From Eledone cirrhosa (taxonomy: Eukaryota): a stretch of DNA of 64,000 bases. Below, in pieces: positions 1-13,656 of the stretch. The position numbers and the translations under genes are program-made. Numbering within the stretch: the stretch's first letter is position 1; each line of letters begins with the position of its first letter. The notes under the pieces are model-generated. The model saw only the letters and a list, made by a program, of their open reading frames with translations. It did no database searches and had not been told where the DNA came from. Location of the stretch: positions 6,324,001 to 6,388,000 of the forward strand of contig OZ024763.1 of the NCBI GenBank assembly GCA_964016885.1. The letters are read 5' to 3'.

Positions 1-110
1 TGTTGTTGTTGTTGCTGCTGATGATGTTGTTGCTGCTGTTGCTGTTGTTGTTGTTGTTGTTGTTGTTGCTGTTGCTGCTGCTGTTGTTGTTGTTGTTGAT
101 GTTCTGCTTC
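1..110 (-). CDS. NCOR1: NCoR exon start, polyglutamine tract (EAEHQQQQ...), runs off the window
   Basis: TAG acceptor at 111-113, phase 0, mixed CAA/CAG/CAT codons. Confidence 0.8.
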
Positions 111-423
111 CTATGTAATAAAAATGAACAACTTTAAAACTAAGTTTAGAAAATAGTTTCTAACAGAGGCACATGGCCAGGAAAGGGAAGAGTTTAGTTA
201 AGGGGGTGGGGGCTGTGGCCCTTTCTGAAAGACAGTGTTGTCTTCAGGACACATGTGGCTCTTCTGGATGTCTGAGTGTGGCCCTTTTGAAAGATTGATG
301 TGGCTTTCTGAAAGCCTGAAGGTGGCCCTTCTGAAAGATTAAGTGTGGCCCTTCCCTTCTGATAGACTGAGTAGAATGATGGTGATGACGACAACAGCAA
401 TGACAAGATAAAAGCCTACTTAC

Positions 424-668
424 CTGATGCTGGTGTACTCGTTTTAGCTTCCAATTATGTGGGTGTACCCCTGGAGTGTAACTCGTGTGCAACCGCATCA
501 CTTCTGGACCGCCACCACCACCCCCTTGCTGGTAGGCGGGGTCCGTGGTCTGGGACACTACCACATTCGATTGGTTGCCCGGGGACTTTATCGTAGGTGG
601 TAACCCGTACTCGCTATTGATCACGCTGGCTAAAGTGCCCACCTGGGCCACAGACGTGTGAATTGAAA
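424..668 (-). CDS. NCOR1: NCoR exon (SIHTSVAQVGTLASVINSEYGLPP...HNWKLKRVHQHQ)
   Basis: 245 nt, poly-T acceptor, GTAAGT donor, phase 1/0. Confidence 0.88.
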
Positions 669-914
669 CTGAAAAAAAAAAAAAGAAAAAAAAAATTTTT
701 TTTTAAAAAGGTTTTTTTTCCAAACGGAGAGAAAAAGGTGGGGGTGGGGCTAGATTTTTAGTTGAATTAACAACAACACTATTGCATATTTCTTGGTGTC
801 AAAATCTATTGTTGCACTGCAGTGGAAGAACTATGTCAGTGACCAGGTTGCAAGTAGAGCCACATAAAACATAAATGTTAACACCAAGAAATTAATGGTA
901 AATATAAAATGATT

Positions 915-1580
915 TAAAAACCCTTTTGTTACCATATTTCTTATGAAACACTGGCCTCTAGGGTCTTCAAAGAATTCCGAAAATAATCAAGAATTTGGAA
1001 GGATTTTGTAACATCTTTAACATTCTCGTTATTAAGTTTGGAACATAACTTAACAAAGGTTCTTGCATGACATTTTGATGGAAGGTTTTCAGATAAATAT
1101 AAAGTAAAAAAAAAAAAAATAGTGGATGATTTCATGTGGTTTGGTATCAAAAGGGTTAAGTTGGTGTTTGGAACATAACTTATATATAATTATAATGAAA
1201 TTTTTTTTTTTTTTATAAATACAATCGCTTTAACCTTTTCATTATGAAGTTGGTGTTTGGAACATGACTTAACAAAGGTTCTTACATAAGATAATGATGG
1301 AAGGTTTTCAGATAAATATAAACACTTCAACTCTTTCGTTACCATATTTCTAATGAAAGAAACTGCTTTGGAATTTTACATAATTTTACAAATAATCAAG
1401 AATTTGGAAAGATTAAGTTGGTGTTTGGAACATAACACAACAAAGGTTCTTACATAAAATTATGATGGAAGGTTTTTTTAAATTTTTATTTTAGATAAAT
1501 ATAAACACTTTAACTCTTTCGTTTAAAGTATCAGAGATCCAGGGTCGTTTTCAGACAGTTTGGTATCGAAAGAGGTAAGT
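915..1580 (+). mobile_element. Cluster of degenerate TTAA-MITE family B copies
   Basis: Repeated body (aataatcaagaatttgg...gtttggaacataacttaacaaaggttctt) with CCCTTTTGTTACCA and TGGTATCAAAAGGG-TTAA ends. Confidence 0.65.
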
Positions 1581-1669
1581 TTTTATGTATTTAAAAAAAT
1601 TACTAAAATGATTCGTCCAAGGTAGAATTGCAATAATAATAATAATAATAGTAATAATAATAATAATGG

Positions 1670-1890
1670 TGGTTTCTAATTTCGGCAGAGGGCCAACAAT
1701 GTGCGGGGACGGGACAGTAGATGACATCGATCCCCTGTATGCGACTGGTACTTTATTTTATCGACCCTGGAAAGGATTGAAGGCAAAGTTGGCCGTGGAG
1801 TGATTTCAAACATGGAACTTCTGAGGGCAGGCTAGCAGTAAATACTATAAAGCTGTTTTGCCCAAACGCTCTACCGATTCTGCCGTGATA
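1670..1890 (-). mobile_element. tRNA-derived SINE family 2 (Nin/Deu-like core), degenerate
   Basis: Core ctggtactttattttatcgacc...aaggcaaagt is shared with at least 9 other loci (about 9850, 15620, 25070, 29945, 36200, 36435, 40175, 40370, 43790). Confidence 0.7.
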
Positions 1891-2199
1891 ATTTATTTAT
1901 TTTTTTTTAACACAAGCGTGAAACCTTTAGAATATATAGATCAGAGGATGGTGGGTCGAATGGGGGGTAACGAAAAGGTTAAGTGTGGGTCTTGGGGGAG
2001 GGGGGAATATTAATATTAGAGGGTCTTAACTAAAGCATCTTTAGTAAGGAATGAAGTTAGGAATCTAAAACTTAAGGCTTTACACATGGGCTTAGATCTG
2101 CTGCCCGACTCCACCAAACTCCCATTTTTAGTGCTGATACATATCACCTGCTCCCACATTCTCTCCCCTACTCCTAAATGTCTCCTCAATAGTATTGTA

Positions 2200-2410
2200 T
2201 TTTATACCCTAGCTGTATGTAACTAGTTTAGAAAGGGGGAGGGGTACACCTAGTGTTGCATTCTCCACCCTAGCTGTGTGTCCAGTTAAGAAAGGGGTAC
2301 ACCTCTAGGGCTGAGTTCTCCACCCTAGCTGTGTGTCCAGTTTAGAAGGGGTACACCTCTAGTGATGTGTTCTCCATCCTAGCTGTGTGTATCTAGTTTA
2401 GAAGGGGTAC
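2200..2410. repeat. About 60-bp minisatellite, 3-4 copies
   Basis: Recurrent ctccaccctagctgtgtgtccagtt(t)agaaggggtacacctctag. Confidence 0.75.
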
Positions 2411-2874
2411 ATTGTATCCTTGTGATGGGCCTATTTAAGACTTGTGATTGACAGAAATGTGTTGACACCAGGAAGAGACGTGCTCTGGCTGGAAAAGATT
2501 GCCTCAAATAAAAACAAGACTGTGACAAGAATGAAGGTTGACCCCCACTTTAGGAGAGGATAAAGCCTTAAATCACTTCTGTGGGTATATATTTATACAC
2601 ACACACACATACACATATATAATATGTATTTGGTTGGTAATATTTACAACAGACCCCTGTGGTATATTAAAAGAAGTGACTTAAAAAGATTGATGCCAGG
2701 AAGGACACCTGGTTGCTGGTTGCAAAACACTGCCTCAAAAAGGGCCGTTATTGTAGGAGCCAGGACCAGCTGGAGTTAACCCTTAGTTTAGCAAAAGGGG
2801 CAAACACAAAAAAGGCCTTAAAACGTTTGTCGTTGAAACCTCTAGTGAACTTAAGTGCTGCTTGTTCTACCTTT

Positions 2875-2907
<33 letters not shown>

Positions 2908-3113
2908 CATATATAAATATATATACAGATACACTGGGGTAAAATCTAACGAAGGGCAACTATATCTGAATGATACACTGACATCATCACCAACATTATC
3001 ACCACCATCATCATCATCATCAAATAAATTAATGACCCAATTAACTGAGTGAGTGAGTGAGAGCGAGTGAGCGAGCGAGCGAGTGTGAGTGCTGACTTAA
3101 CGATTATTATTAT

Positions 3114-3181
<68 letters not shown>

Positions 3182-3602
3182 TTATGACAATAATGTAGAG
3201 AAATGGCTGTTATTTTTTTGGGGGGATGTTGTAGGGTGGTCAAGAGGGCATTGTATTTTGGGGAGGGGGGGGGGGAGAGAGAGGTTTCGGAAGGATGTTG
3301 TATTTTTATGAGTGAAGGGAGAGGAGAGGAAAAGAAGGAGGGAAGCAGTCGAATGTTTGTTTTTTTTTCTTTAAAAAAAAAAAGCGTTTTCATTTTACTT
3401 TTTACGGGTAGGAGGGTGTGGGTGGGGGGACGGTGTTGTTTCATTAATTTTTGGGGAGTGGGGGCGGGGTGGGAGAAGAGCTGGGTGGAGGACAGGGGGG
3501 GGGGGGGATGTTTGTTGTTTATTTATTTATTTATTTATTTTTTTTTTTGGTTTTTGTTTTTGTTTTTGTTTTTTTAAGGATCAAACAAGAGCAAACACTT
3601 AC

Positions 3603-3778
3603 ATGGCGTTTTACTGCTTGTGCCGTTGATCTGACTCAACAGTCCACCTTTACCAGGAATAGTATACACCAGTCTACGATTACTGTAGTCCTGCGTAATG
3701 ATGGCGTCGATATGCTCACCGAGGGTGATGGCCTTGTTGGAGCCGGGTGGCCCACCAGGAGATTTCGATGATGATGAT

Positions 3779-3809
<31 letters not shown>

Positions 3810-4226
3810 CAGCAGCAGCAGCAGCAGTAGTAGCAGCAGAGGTAGCAGAAGAAGACGAAGAAGAAGAAGAAGAAGACAAAGAAGAAGAAGAAGAGGAAGA
3901 GGAAGAAGAAGTAGAAGAAGGGTTCCCTCCCGCCGTGTCGGAGGGAGGGTGTTCTTTGTCAGACATTTCGATGCTACCTCCTCCACCACTGCCGCCGCCA
4001 CCGCCGCCACCACCACCACCACCACCGCCGCCACCACCACCACCACTGCCGCCGCCACCACCGCCACCACCACTTCCTCCTCCACCACCACCACTATTAT
4101 TATTACTACTACCACCACCACCAACTCCACCACCACCACCACCACCACCACCACTATTGCCATTACCAGTTGTTTGAGAGGGGTGAGGGTGACCCTGGGG
4201 ATTATGGGAACTGTTGTGGCTACTAC

Positions 4227-4260
<34 letters not shown>

Positions 4261-6920
4261 ATTACTATTATTATTACTGTTATTATTGTTGTTAAGATTA
4301 TTATTATTATTATTATTATTATTACTGTTACTATGGTTACCAGTGCCACTGGTTTGCGAGGTTCCTCCATTTGACCCGTGGTTAGATCCCATCTGCGGTC
4401 CGGGCGACTGTCGTGGTGACACGGCGTAGTACGCCCGCTCTGCCGAGTCTTCCTTCTCCTGCTGGTATTTGCTGTAGCCCTTCCGCTTCGTAAACGTTGG
4501 CGAAGCGGCCTGGTCGAGGTTGATAATGGCCGGCGAGGTGGTGTCTCTCGTCGGGCCAGCAGACTGCTGTCGACCGTCCGAAGACTGCCACGGCTCCGGC
4601 ACTCGACTGACCAGGGATTTGGCCTCTTCACTCGACTTAGAGTCCAGGTCCTCGTTGCCGCGGTGTATCTGGTTGATGATGATGGCGTCGATAAGGTAAG
4701 CGGCCGTTACGGTCCGAGACTGAGTGCCGTCGTCATTGGAACCGTTTCCCGGCTCCGTGTCGTAATTGGACGAAGGAATGTTGCTGTCATTATTATTATT
4801 GTTGTTGTTATTATTATTACTTTTCAGGGCTTTTAATAAATTAGACGAGGTGTCGCCGGGACCCGGTGACCGGTGGGGTCGTGGGGGCAGTTCCGGATCG
4901 CTGCTCCGAAACCGCTGAATATCCTGGGAGGGGCCGTCTGGAGTCTTGGACGAGTCTGGCTGCCGGTCCACATCGATGTGGATCGGACGGCTGGGATCCG
5001 TGTCCCTCATGCCGGACGATGGCGTACCGTGTCGAGAAGGGGTCGCATATCCAGACCTGTCGTGGCAAGGGACTTGCCCTACCATGCTGCCGTCCATTTC
5101 GGCTTTGTTGACCATCATCTGCTGCCGATTGTGGAAGTCTCGTGGGGGCCTCGATTCCATCTCATGCTTCTCGTACTCCTTCACATCATACCTGTCTTGA
5201 GACTCGCGCTCCCACTCTTTATCCCGTTCTTTTGGTATTTCAGGATCGATAATTTTTATCGGGGTCTCTCGATGCTGTGGTTCGGGGGGGATGACGTGCG
5301 CCTGGGTGTTCATGGATTGGGGGTAGGCTATCGTTACGTGGCCTTCATGCCTCGGTGATGCTGCCTTGCTCGGTGGCATTGTGGTGCTGTCGGGCAGATG
5401 GCCCCCTCCGTTGTCGGTCCGTTGCCATGAAGTACCCTTGACGATACTGGGTCGCGGAGGGGACGATGGATAACGAGATTGCTCCATAGCAACGTTCGAC
5501 GCTGCAGCCGACCCATGGACAGCAATTTTAGCAGGGTTACTGGACCAAGGGGTCGGTATGGGAGAAATACCTTTGTCGTCTCTTGGAGACGGCGTACTTT
5601 GGGATGGAAGAGGAGAATTTCGGTTGATTCTTTCAGCAACTGAAATATTCATACCTGATTGATGTGGTACGTATATGATACTTGAGGACTGTGAAATGTA
5701 TTGAGGGATTGCAGGTGATGGCATTCTTTGGCTTTCGGTTATAGAGCTGTACGAGCCCTTTGATGTACTTTGCATGGCTCTGGGAGATTGGCGTTCATCT
5801 TTGTCAGAAGGGGTAGGACCCCTTCTCGTCATGTGTTGAGCAGTGACAAAATCACTCATTATCGTTTGCCTGGAAGTACGAATAGGGGAAAGTAAATCTT
5901 GGTAGATAGAAAAATGATCTTGCATTTTATCATACGCTTGTGGCCTGTCATACATAATGCCCCGTCTCATGCCGGGTTCATACACGATATTCCCCCGTCC
6001 TAACATGGGATCTATCACTGGAGAAACTCTGGTTAAACTACTTTCATGACCAACAGGAGCACCCCTCCCAGTCCCAGACTCTCGATTCCGTGGAGTTCCC
6101 CTTGTTATAGATCCTTGGGGTGGAGTTTGCTGCTGCCGATGTCCCATTTCTAGACGGTGGGAGGGGATCCCCGAATTACTCGGGTGGTTGGCCCCCGAGG
6201 TGGACGTGACGGCATGACTGACAGGAGTCCCGTGAGTGATGGATCCGGTCGGAGGTGGAACGAGATGTGAACTAATGGGTGGGGACTTAGGGAGCTTGGG
6301 CGACATTTTCGAATTTATCAATGGTGGTGGTGGCGGTATACGAGTACCCATTTGGTTTCGGTTTTGAAACTCCATGGGAGCGAGATGTGAATTATAAGGA
6401 GAGTTTGAAGTGGGGGGCACAGTTCTGATGATGGGTGATATTGTTTGTGCTGGCTCAGGATGGTAAATTGATGGTGATTTGACTCGGGGAGCAATGCTTT
6501 TATGAGATTTAAGTTGCATAGGTTCATCTGCTTGGGACTGATGTAGACTAGATGAGGTGAGGTGATGGGAGTGGGCAGGGGGTGGTAGACCCATATTTTT
6601 TCTTTGAGATTCTTCAGGCCTTAAATGAGAGTCTATAGATCGAGGGAAATCGCGCGGATCCCCTTTGTAGGCCTTCTGGGCTTTGTCATGATAGTCGATG
6701 GGGCGCCTCGACAAGTCTTGCACTTCAAAATCGCGGATTTCTCTCGGATCGTGCATCTCCCGTGCCGAGATGCCCCTGTACGCAGTAATGTCGGGATATA
6801 TGTATGGCGAAGCTTGCTCAGGTCGCCTCTCCTTCCGTAAGTCCTGGGGCATGTTATGTACAAGTCCAGACAACAGTGATTTCCGACTAGACAACACAGG
6901 GTTCTCTGACATAAGAGGCT
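3603..6920 (-). CDS. NCOR1: NCoR giant exon, 3318 nt (PPPLI, two GSI motifs, RQTIMSDFVTAQHM, two CoRNR boxes)
   Basis: Inside ORF 3574..7014; poly-T acceptor, GTAAGT donor, phase 1/1. Contains GSITHGTP, GSITRGTP, TAAYLIDAIIINQI and TLGEHIDAIITQDY. Confidence 0.95.
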
Positions 6921-7619
6921 CTGAAAATACAAAAAAAAAAAAAAAAAAAAAGACAATATTTATTCTCTCAATAAAAACAATTATTTTACAAATAGTTTCT
7001 TGTAAACAAAACAAAATAATTGAGGGGTTCTGTTCTAAAAGATGAAAATGAAATTTACAGCCACATACACAGTTTCTCAGGTGTTTTTAATCCTTTAGCA
7101 TTTACATTATATATACTATTGTGTTTTTGTAGTAAAGGCTTTATCTCACATATCATCGAATCTACAAGATTTTGATATTTATTTTGAGAACAATACCTCA
7201 ATGACAGTATGAGCGGCCAGTTTGAAGAGAAAGAGGTGAGAGAATTCTGGCCAGATACAGACGGTTTAATGACAGGGGCTCCAGTCCTATCATGTTTTCA
7301 ATGATAAGTTTAAAGTCTAAACAATGCTAAATTAGTTTCCTTAACCATTCGACAAAGGGATTTTATCCTAAAATATATAAAGACCTATAAAGAACTGCAA
7401 GGTTACATCCCAACATCTTTGTTATATTTTTAACATTCACTGTCCAATTCACACTGTGGTAGCTTTCAAATATAACACTACATTGTACACAATACTTCAA
7501 GCAAGCTACAACACCCTCTTATATATATATATATATAAGAGGGTGTTGTTTGCTTCAAATATCGTGTAAAGGAAAGAATGCAGTGTTATGTTTGAAATCT
7601 ACCACAGTGTGTGTGTATA

Positions 7620-9740
7620 TGTATATATATATAATATATACACACACACACACACATATATATATACACAGATGCATATATATATATACACATACACACA
7701 CACATATATATACACAGATGCATATATATATATACACATACACACACACATATATATACACAGATGCATATATATATATATACACATACACACACACACA
7801 TATATATACACAGATGCATATATATATATACACACACACACTCACAAATATACATATATATATATACACATACACACACACACATATATATATACACAGA
7901 TGCATATATATATATACACACACACACACTCACAAATATACATATATATATACACAGATGCATATATATATATATACACACACACTCACATATATACACA
8001 GATGCATATATATATACACACACACACACTCACATATATACACAGATGCATATATATATACACACACACACACTCACATATATATACACAGATGCATATA
8101 TATATACACACACACACTCACATATATATACACAGATGCATATATATATACACACACACACACTCACATATATATACACAGATGCATATATATATACACA
8201 TACACACTCACATATATATACACAGATGCATATATATATACACACACACTCACATATATATATACACAGATGCATATATATATATATACACATACACTCA
8301 CATATATATACACAGATGCATATATATATACACACACACACTCACATATATATACACAGATGCATATATATATACACACACACTCACATATATATATACA
8401 CAGATGCATATATATATATATACACATACACTCACATATATATACACAGATGCATATATATATACACACACACACACTCACATATATATACACAGATGCA
8501 TATATATATATACACACACACTCACATATATATACACAGATGCATATATATATACACACACACTCACATATATATATACACAGATGCATATATATATACA
8601 CACACACACACTCACATATATATACACAGATGCATATATATATACACACACACTCACATATATATACACAGATGCATATATATATACACACACACACACT
8701 CACATATATATACACAGATGCATATATATATACACACACACACACTCACATATATATACACAGATGCATATATATATACACACACACTCACATATATATA
8801 CACAGATGCATATATATATACACACACACTCACATATATATATACACAGATGCATATATATATACACACACACACACTCACATATATATACACAGATGCA
8901 TATATATATACACACACACTCACATATATATATACACAGATGCATATATATATATACACACACTCACATATATATATACACAGATGCATATATATATACA
9001 CACACACACACTCACATATATACACAGATGCATATATATATATACACACACACTCACATATATATACACAGATGCATATATATATACACACACACACACA
9101 CACTCACATATATACACAGATGCATATATATATACACACACACACACTCACATATATATACACAGATGCATATATATATACACACACACACTCACACTCA
9201 CATATATACACAGATGCATATATATATACACACACACACACACTCACATATATACACAGATGCATATATATATACACACACTCACACATATACACAGATG
9301 CATATATACACACACACACACACTCACATATATATATACACAGATGCATATATATATATACACACACACACTCACATATATACACAGATGCATATATATA
9401 CACACACACACACTCACATATATATACACAGATGCATATATATATATACACACACACACACTCACAAATATACACAGATGCATATATATATATACACACA
9501 CACACTCACATATATATACACACACACACACACTCACATATATACACAGATGCATATATATACACACACACACACACTCACATATATACACAGATGCATA
9601 TATATACACACACACACACTCACATATATATACACACACACACACACTCACATATATATACACACACACACACTCACATATATACACACACACACTCACA
9701 TATATACACACACACACACTCACATATATACACATATATC
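7620..9740. repeat. Compound (TA)n/(CA)n minisatellite, about 40-bp variable unit
   Basis: Unit cacagatgca(ta)n(ca)nctcaca(ta)n repeated over about 2.1 kb; source of the spurious H/T/Y/I ORFs. Confidence 0.95.
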
Positions 9741-10079
9741 TCCGAAGGAAGTCGTAGGGGCACCGTATCGACATACAGTGTTTCCAGGGCTTTTTAAAAC
9801 CTGGTGGAGCCCATCTCTTCTTCCAGAGAAGAATAGACAGGGATATAGAGGAACAATCAACCCCAGTAGTAGACTGGTACTTGTTTTTTATCGACCTCGA
9901 ATGGATGAAAGGCAGAGTTGCCCTTGGTGGGACTTGAACTCAGAAGGCGTACAGCTGGGAACGAATACCACAAAGCATTATATCTGAAGTTCTAACAAAT
10001 GGCAATGGACGGCCATACATATATGTATATATATATATATACAGATATTTGTGTCGGTGTGTATATATGTATATATATA

Positions 10080-10401
10080 TCATTTCATTTTATGTCAGCT
10101 TTTTCCCTGCTTGCAAGGGTGGGACGGGAACTGATACTGGCTTGATTTCTACAGCTGGATGCCCTTCCTAACACCAACCTCATTTACAGTGAGTGCTGGC
10201 TGCTTTTTAGCCGTGGCACCTCCACGACCACTTTGCAGTGGAATGATAGGGACCCCAGTCCCTATCATCTCATTTCTACAGCTGAGTAAACTGGAGCAAC
10301 GTGAAATAAAGTGTCTTGCTCAAGGAAACAACACATCACCCGGTCTGGGAATTGAACTCACAACCTTTCGATTGCAAGGCCAATGCTCTAACCACTAAGC
10401 C

Positions 10402-10405
<4 letters not shown>
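10080..10405 (-). mobile_element. tRNA-derived SINE family 1, full length
   Basis: Reverse complement of the 51082-51419 copy: A/B boxes, ccttgagcaagacactttatttcac core, RTE-like tail. Confidence 0.85.
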
Positions 10406-10446
<41 letters not shown>

Positions 10447-10492
10447 TCAAGCAAACAAGGAAAGCGTCTGTAAAAAACCCCTATCTACTTAC

Positions 10493-11242
10493 TGCTTATA
10501 GTATCCGCATTATTCTCTCCTCGGCTTAAGTTCCGTTCAATGGCTGAGTGAATGAGATCCCTCACACAAGCTGGCTTTTGTTTCTTTGTGTCCTGCTGGT
10601 TGCAGTTGGCGGGAAGGTTGCTGTTTGTGACCCCAACGTTTGGACTCTCCCGGAACACAATCTGTTGTTCCTGATCGGGGTGGATGCTGATGTAGGCCCC
10701 TGAGAATATCTTCTCGACGGACGCGGGCCCCGCAGATTTCGGCCGTGGAGAGCTGACCGACCGCCCTGGCTCCGACACGGCACTAGCAGGTCGGTGAGGC
10801 GACTGTTGCGACGTGAAGCGAAACGGAGAGAAGCCGCGGGTGTGAGACAAATCGACACCTTCCGACGCCGGCCGAGGCTCCTTCAGGAGGTTTTGCTCCT
10901 GGTGTTGTACGACAGGTATGTTGTAGCTGATGGAAACCGGCACCATGTTACCGGACATGGGTCGGTCGGTAATCATGGTGGGTGTGTCAGTCCGTGAAAT
11001 GGAAGCTGTGGAAGTAGACAAGGAAGGCAAGACACCAGGGTCCTGATGTGAACTTTCGTCGGCACTCATGGTAGCACTGCTGTCATTGTCAGCAATGCTA
11101 CGGAGACTGCTTTGTGAATCACTTAACGGTTTATTGCTCGTTAAGTTGTCATGTCCCAGGACCGGGGGCAGTTCTGGGTTATCAGGACACGGCGTCCTGT
11201 CTTGACCTTCAGCTTCTGACAGTTTTTCATCTTTTTGTTCGG
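10493..11242 (-). CDS. NCOR1: NCoR exon, 750 nt (SSATMSADE; CoRNR-like VRDLIHSAIERNL)
   Basis: Inside ORF 10485..11372; polypyrimidine acceptor, GTAAGT donor, phase 1/1. SSATxSADE is conserved in the NCoR family. Confidence 0.93.
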
Positions 11243-11398
11243 CTGTAAATGAAAACAAAAAAAACAGAAAATAAGTCGAGAATTTCACCAATGAGTTTGA
11301 AATAAAAACAGGAAAATAGAGAAAATAAAAATGAAATTGAAATTTACACAAAGGTGTGAGCTGTAACAACATTATAGGACTGTAGCCCCTATCATTAA

Positions 11399-11598
11399 CC
11401 CTTTAGCATTTACATTACTCTCTATATACTATTGTATTTTCATGGTGGCTTTATCTCACAATATCGACTCTATAAGATTTTGATATTTATTTTGAGAACA
11501 ATACCTTAATATCAGTATGAGTGGCCAGTTGCAGCTGGTTTAAACAGAAAGAGGTGAGAGAATTCTGGCGGGATATGGCCGGTTTAAATGCTAAAGGG
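11399..11598. mobile_element. piggyBac-type MITE family A
   Basis: TTAA|CCCTTTAGCATTTA ... TAAATGCTAAAGGG|TTAA, 200 bp. Confidence 0.85.
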
Positions 11599-11659
11599 TT
11601 AAAACACCTGAGAAACTTTGTATGATATATAACCCAGCTGGAGACCAGCTAAACCTGAG

Positions 11660-11830
11660 GTCCCTATCATTTCATTGCAAAGTGGTCGTGTAGGTGCCAT
11701 GGCAAAAACCACCCACCACCCACTGTAAATGAGGTTGGTGTTAGGAAGGGCATCCAGCTGTAGAAATCAAGCCACAATCAGTTCCCGTCCCACCCTTGCA
11801 AGCAGGGAAAAGTGGACGTATGATGATGAC
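11660..11830 (+). mobile_element. SINE family 1, 3' half
   Basis: Matches 51240-51419; inverted relative to the 10080 copy. Confidence 0.8.
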
Positions 11831-12014
11831 GTTGTTACAGATGGGGGGTCAAGGTGCTCTTCCCAGTGAGAGAAGATGATATATTCTAAACCACAACCTG
11901 ACAACTCCCTCAATCCACCCACCAAGTAAAAATGTAAAAAATGTTGTAGAAGAAAGTAAGAGTGAGGAGAAAGAAAAGGTAGGTGTATATATATATATAT
12001 AAAATATATGGTAC

Positions 12015-12189
12015 CCGGATGTTTTGTCAATGTAGGATCTTGTGGCTGTTGCATTGGAGTAGGACTAGGCGCACTAGCTGTGTCAGAATCATCGTCAGGG
12101 TTCTCCTCACCACTGGTAGATACGTCATCTTCTTCTGAGTGAGTGGTTGTTGAAGCAATTGATGTGGTTCTTGTCCGCGTACTACCTGA
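12015..12189 (-). CDS. NCOR1: NCoR exon (SGSTRTRTTSIAS...DDDSDTASAPSP...TKHP)
   Basis: 175 nt, phase 0/1; SDTASAPSP resembles the vertebrate SDTESAPSP. Confidence 0.9.
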
Positions 12190-13260
12190 CTGTAACACAC
12201 AGATATATACAACATATTTTAGAAGACATACTACTTGACTGTACACATATATATATGTGTATGTATATATACAACATATTTTAGAAAACATACTACATGA
12301 CTGTACACACATATATATGTGTATGTATATATACAACATATTTTAGAGACATACTACCTGACTGTACACACATATATATGTGTATGTATATATAAAACAT
12401 ATTTTAGAGACATACTACCTGACTGTACACATATATATGTGTATGTATATATACAACATGTTTTAGAAGACATACTACATGACTGTACACACATATATAT
12501 GTGTATGTATATATACAACATATTTTAGAAAACATACTACTTGACTGTACACACATATATATGTGTATGTATATATACAACATATTTTAGAAGACATACT
12601 ACATGACTGTACACATATATATGTGTATGTATATATACAACATATTTTAGAAAACATACTACATGACTGTACACACATATATATGTGTATGTATATATAC
12701 AACATATTTTAGAGACATACTACTTGACTGTACACATATATATATGTGTATGTATATATACAACATATTTTAGAAGACATACTACATGACTGTACACACA
12801 TATATATGTGTATGTATATATAAAACATATTTTAGAAGACATACTACATGACTGTACACACATATATATGTGTATGTATATATACAACATATTTTAGAGA
12901 CATACTACTTGACTGTACACATATATATATGTGTATGTATATATACAACATATTTTAGAGACATACTACTTGACTGTACACACATATATATGTGTATGTA
13001 TATATACAACATATTTTAGAGACATACTACTTGACTGTACACATATATATATGTGTATGTATATATACAACATATTTTAGAGACATACTACTTGACTGTA
13101 CACACATATATATGTGTATGTATATATACAACATATTTTAGAAAACATACTACCTGACTGTACACATATATATATGTGTGTATGTATATATAAACATACT
13201 TTAGAAAACATACTACCTGAATACAACACAGATATATACACACACAACACATTTTAGAAG
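12181..13260. repeat. About 60-bp minisatellite, about 17 copies, abutting an exon acceptor
   Basis: Unit actacNtgactgtacacacatatatatgtgtatgtatatatacaacatattttagaagacat. Confidence 0.95.
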
Positions 13261-13513
13261 ACAACATCACTATTTCTTGACATGTCTTTTATATTGAGGG
13301 ACAGAGTGAATAGGTGTAGTAGATAGAGTGAGAGAGAATTAGTGACTGTGTATGTATGTGTGTGTTTAGTCTGTAAGAGAGAGTGAAATTGTATGTCTGA
13401 GTGAGAGTGAAAATAAAATTGAGTGAAACTGACTGTCAGTATGTAATCACAGTGAATTTAATGAATTGAAAAATAACAACAACAATAATAATAAAATTTG
13501 AAGAACTGCTGAC

Positions 13514-13656
13514 CTTTTCTTTGTGGTGTTCCTGTAAAATCAGCTCCAATTTCAACTTCCGTTTGTAGTTGAAATAGAAATTTTTACATTGGGCTTCAGT
13601 TTTGGTTCCAACTAAGTTTGCTATAGCGACCCAATCTCTACCGTGTTCTCTTAGAC
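13514..13656 (-). CDS. NCOR1: NCoR exon, SANT2 ([47 protein letters not shown])
   Basis: 143 nt; [10 protein letters not shown] signature. Confidence 0.97.

Noticed and set aside
3636-5639. Overlapping and antisense ORFs within the giant exon
   Set aside because: By-products of triplet repeats and GC-rich coding sequence on the opposite strand or in other frames.
7550-9987. Long ORFs (677-799 aa) rich in H/T/Y/I
   Set aside because: Translations of a TA/CA compound minisatellite inside an intron; open in many frames, no protein signal.
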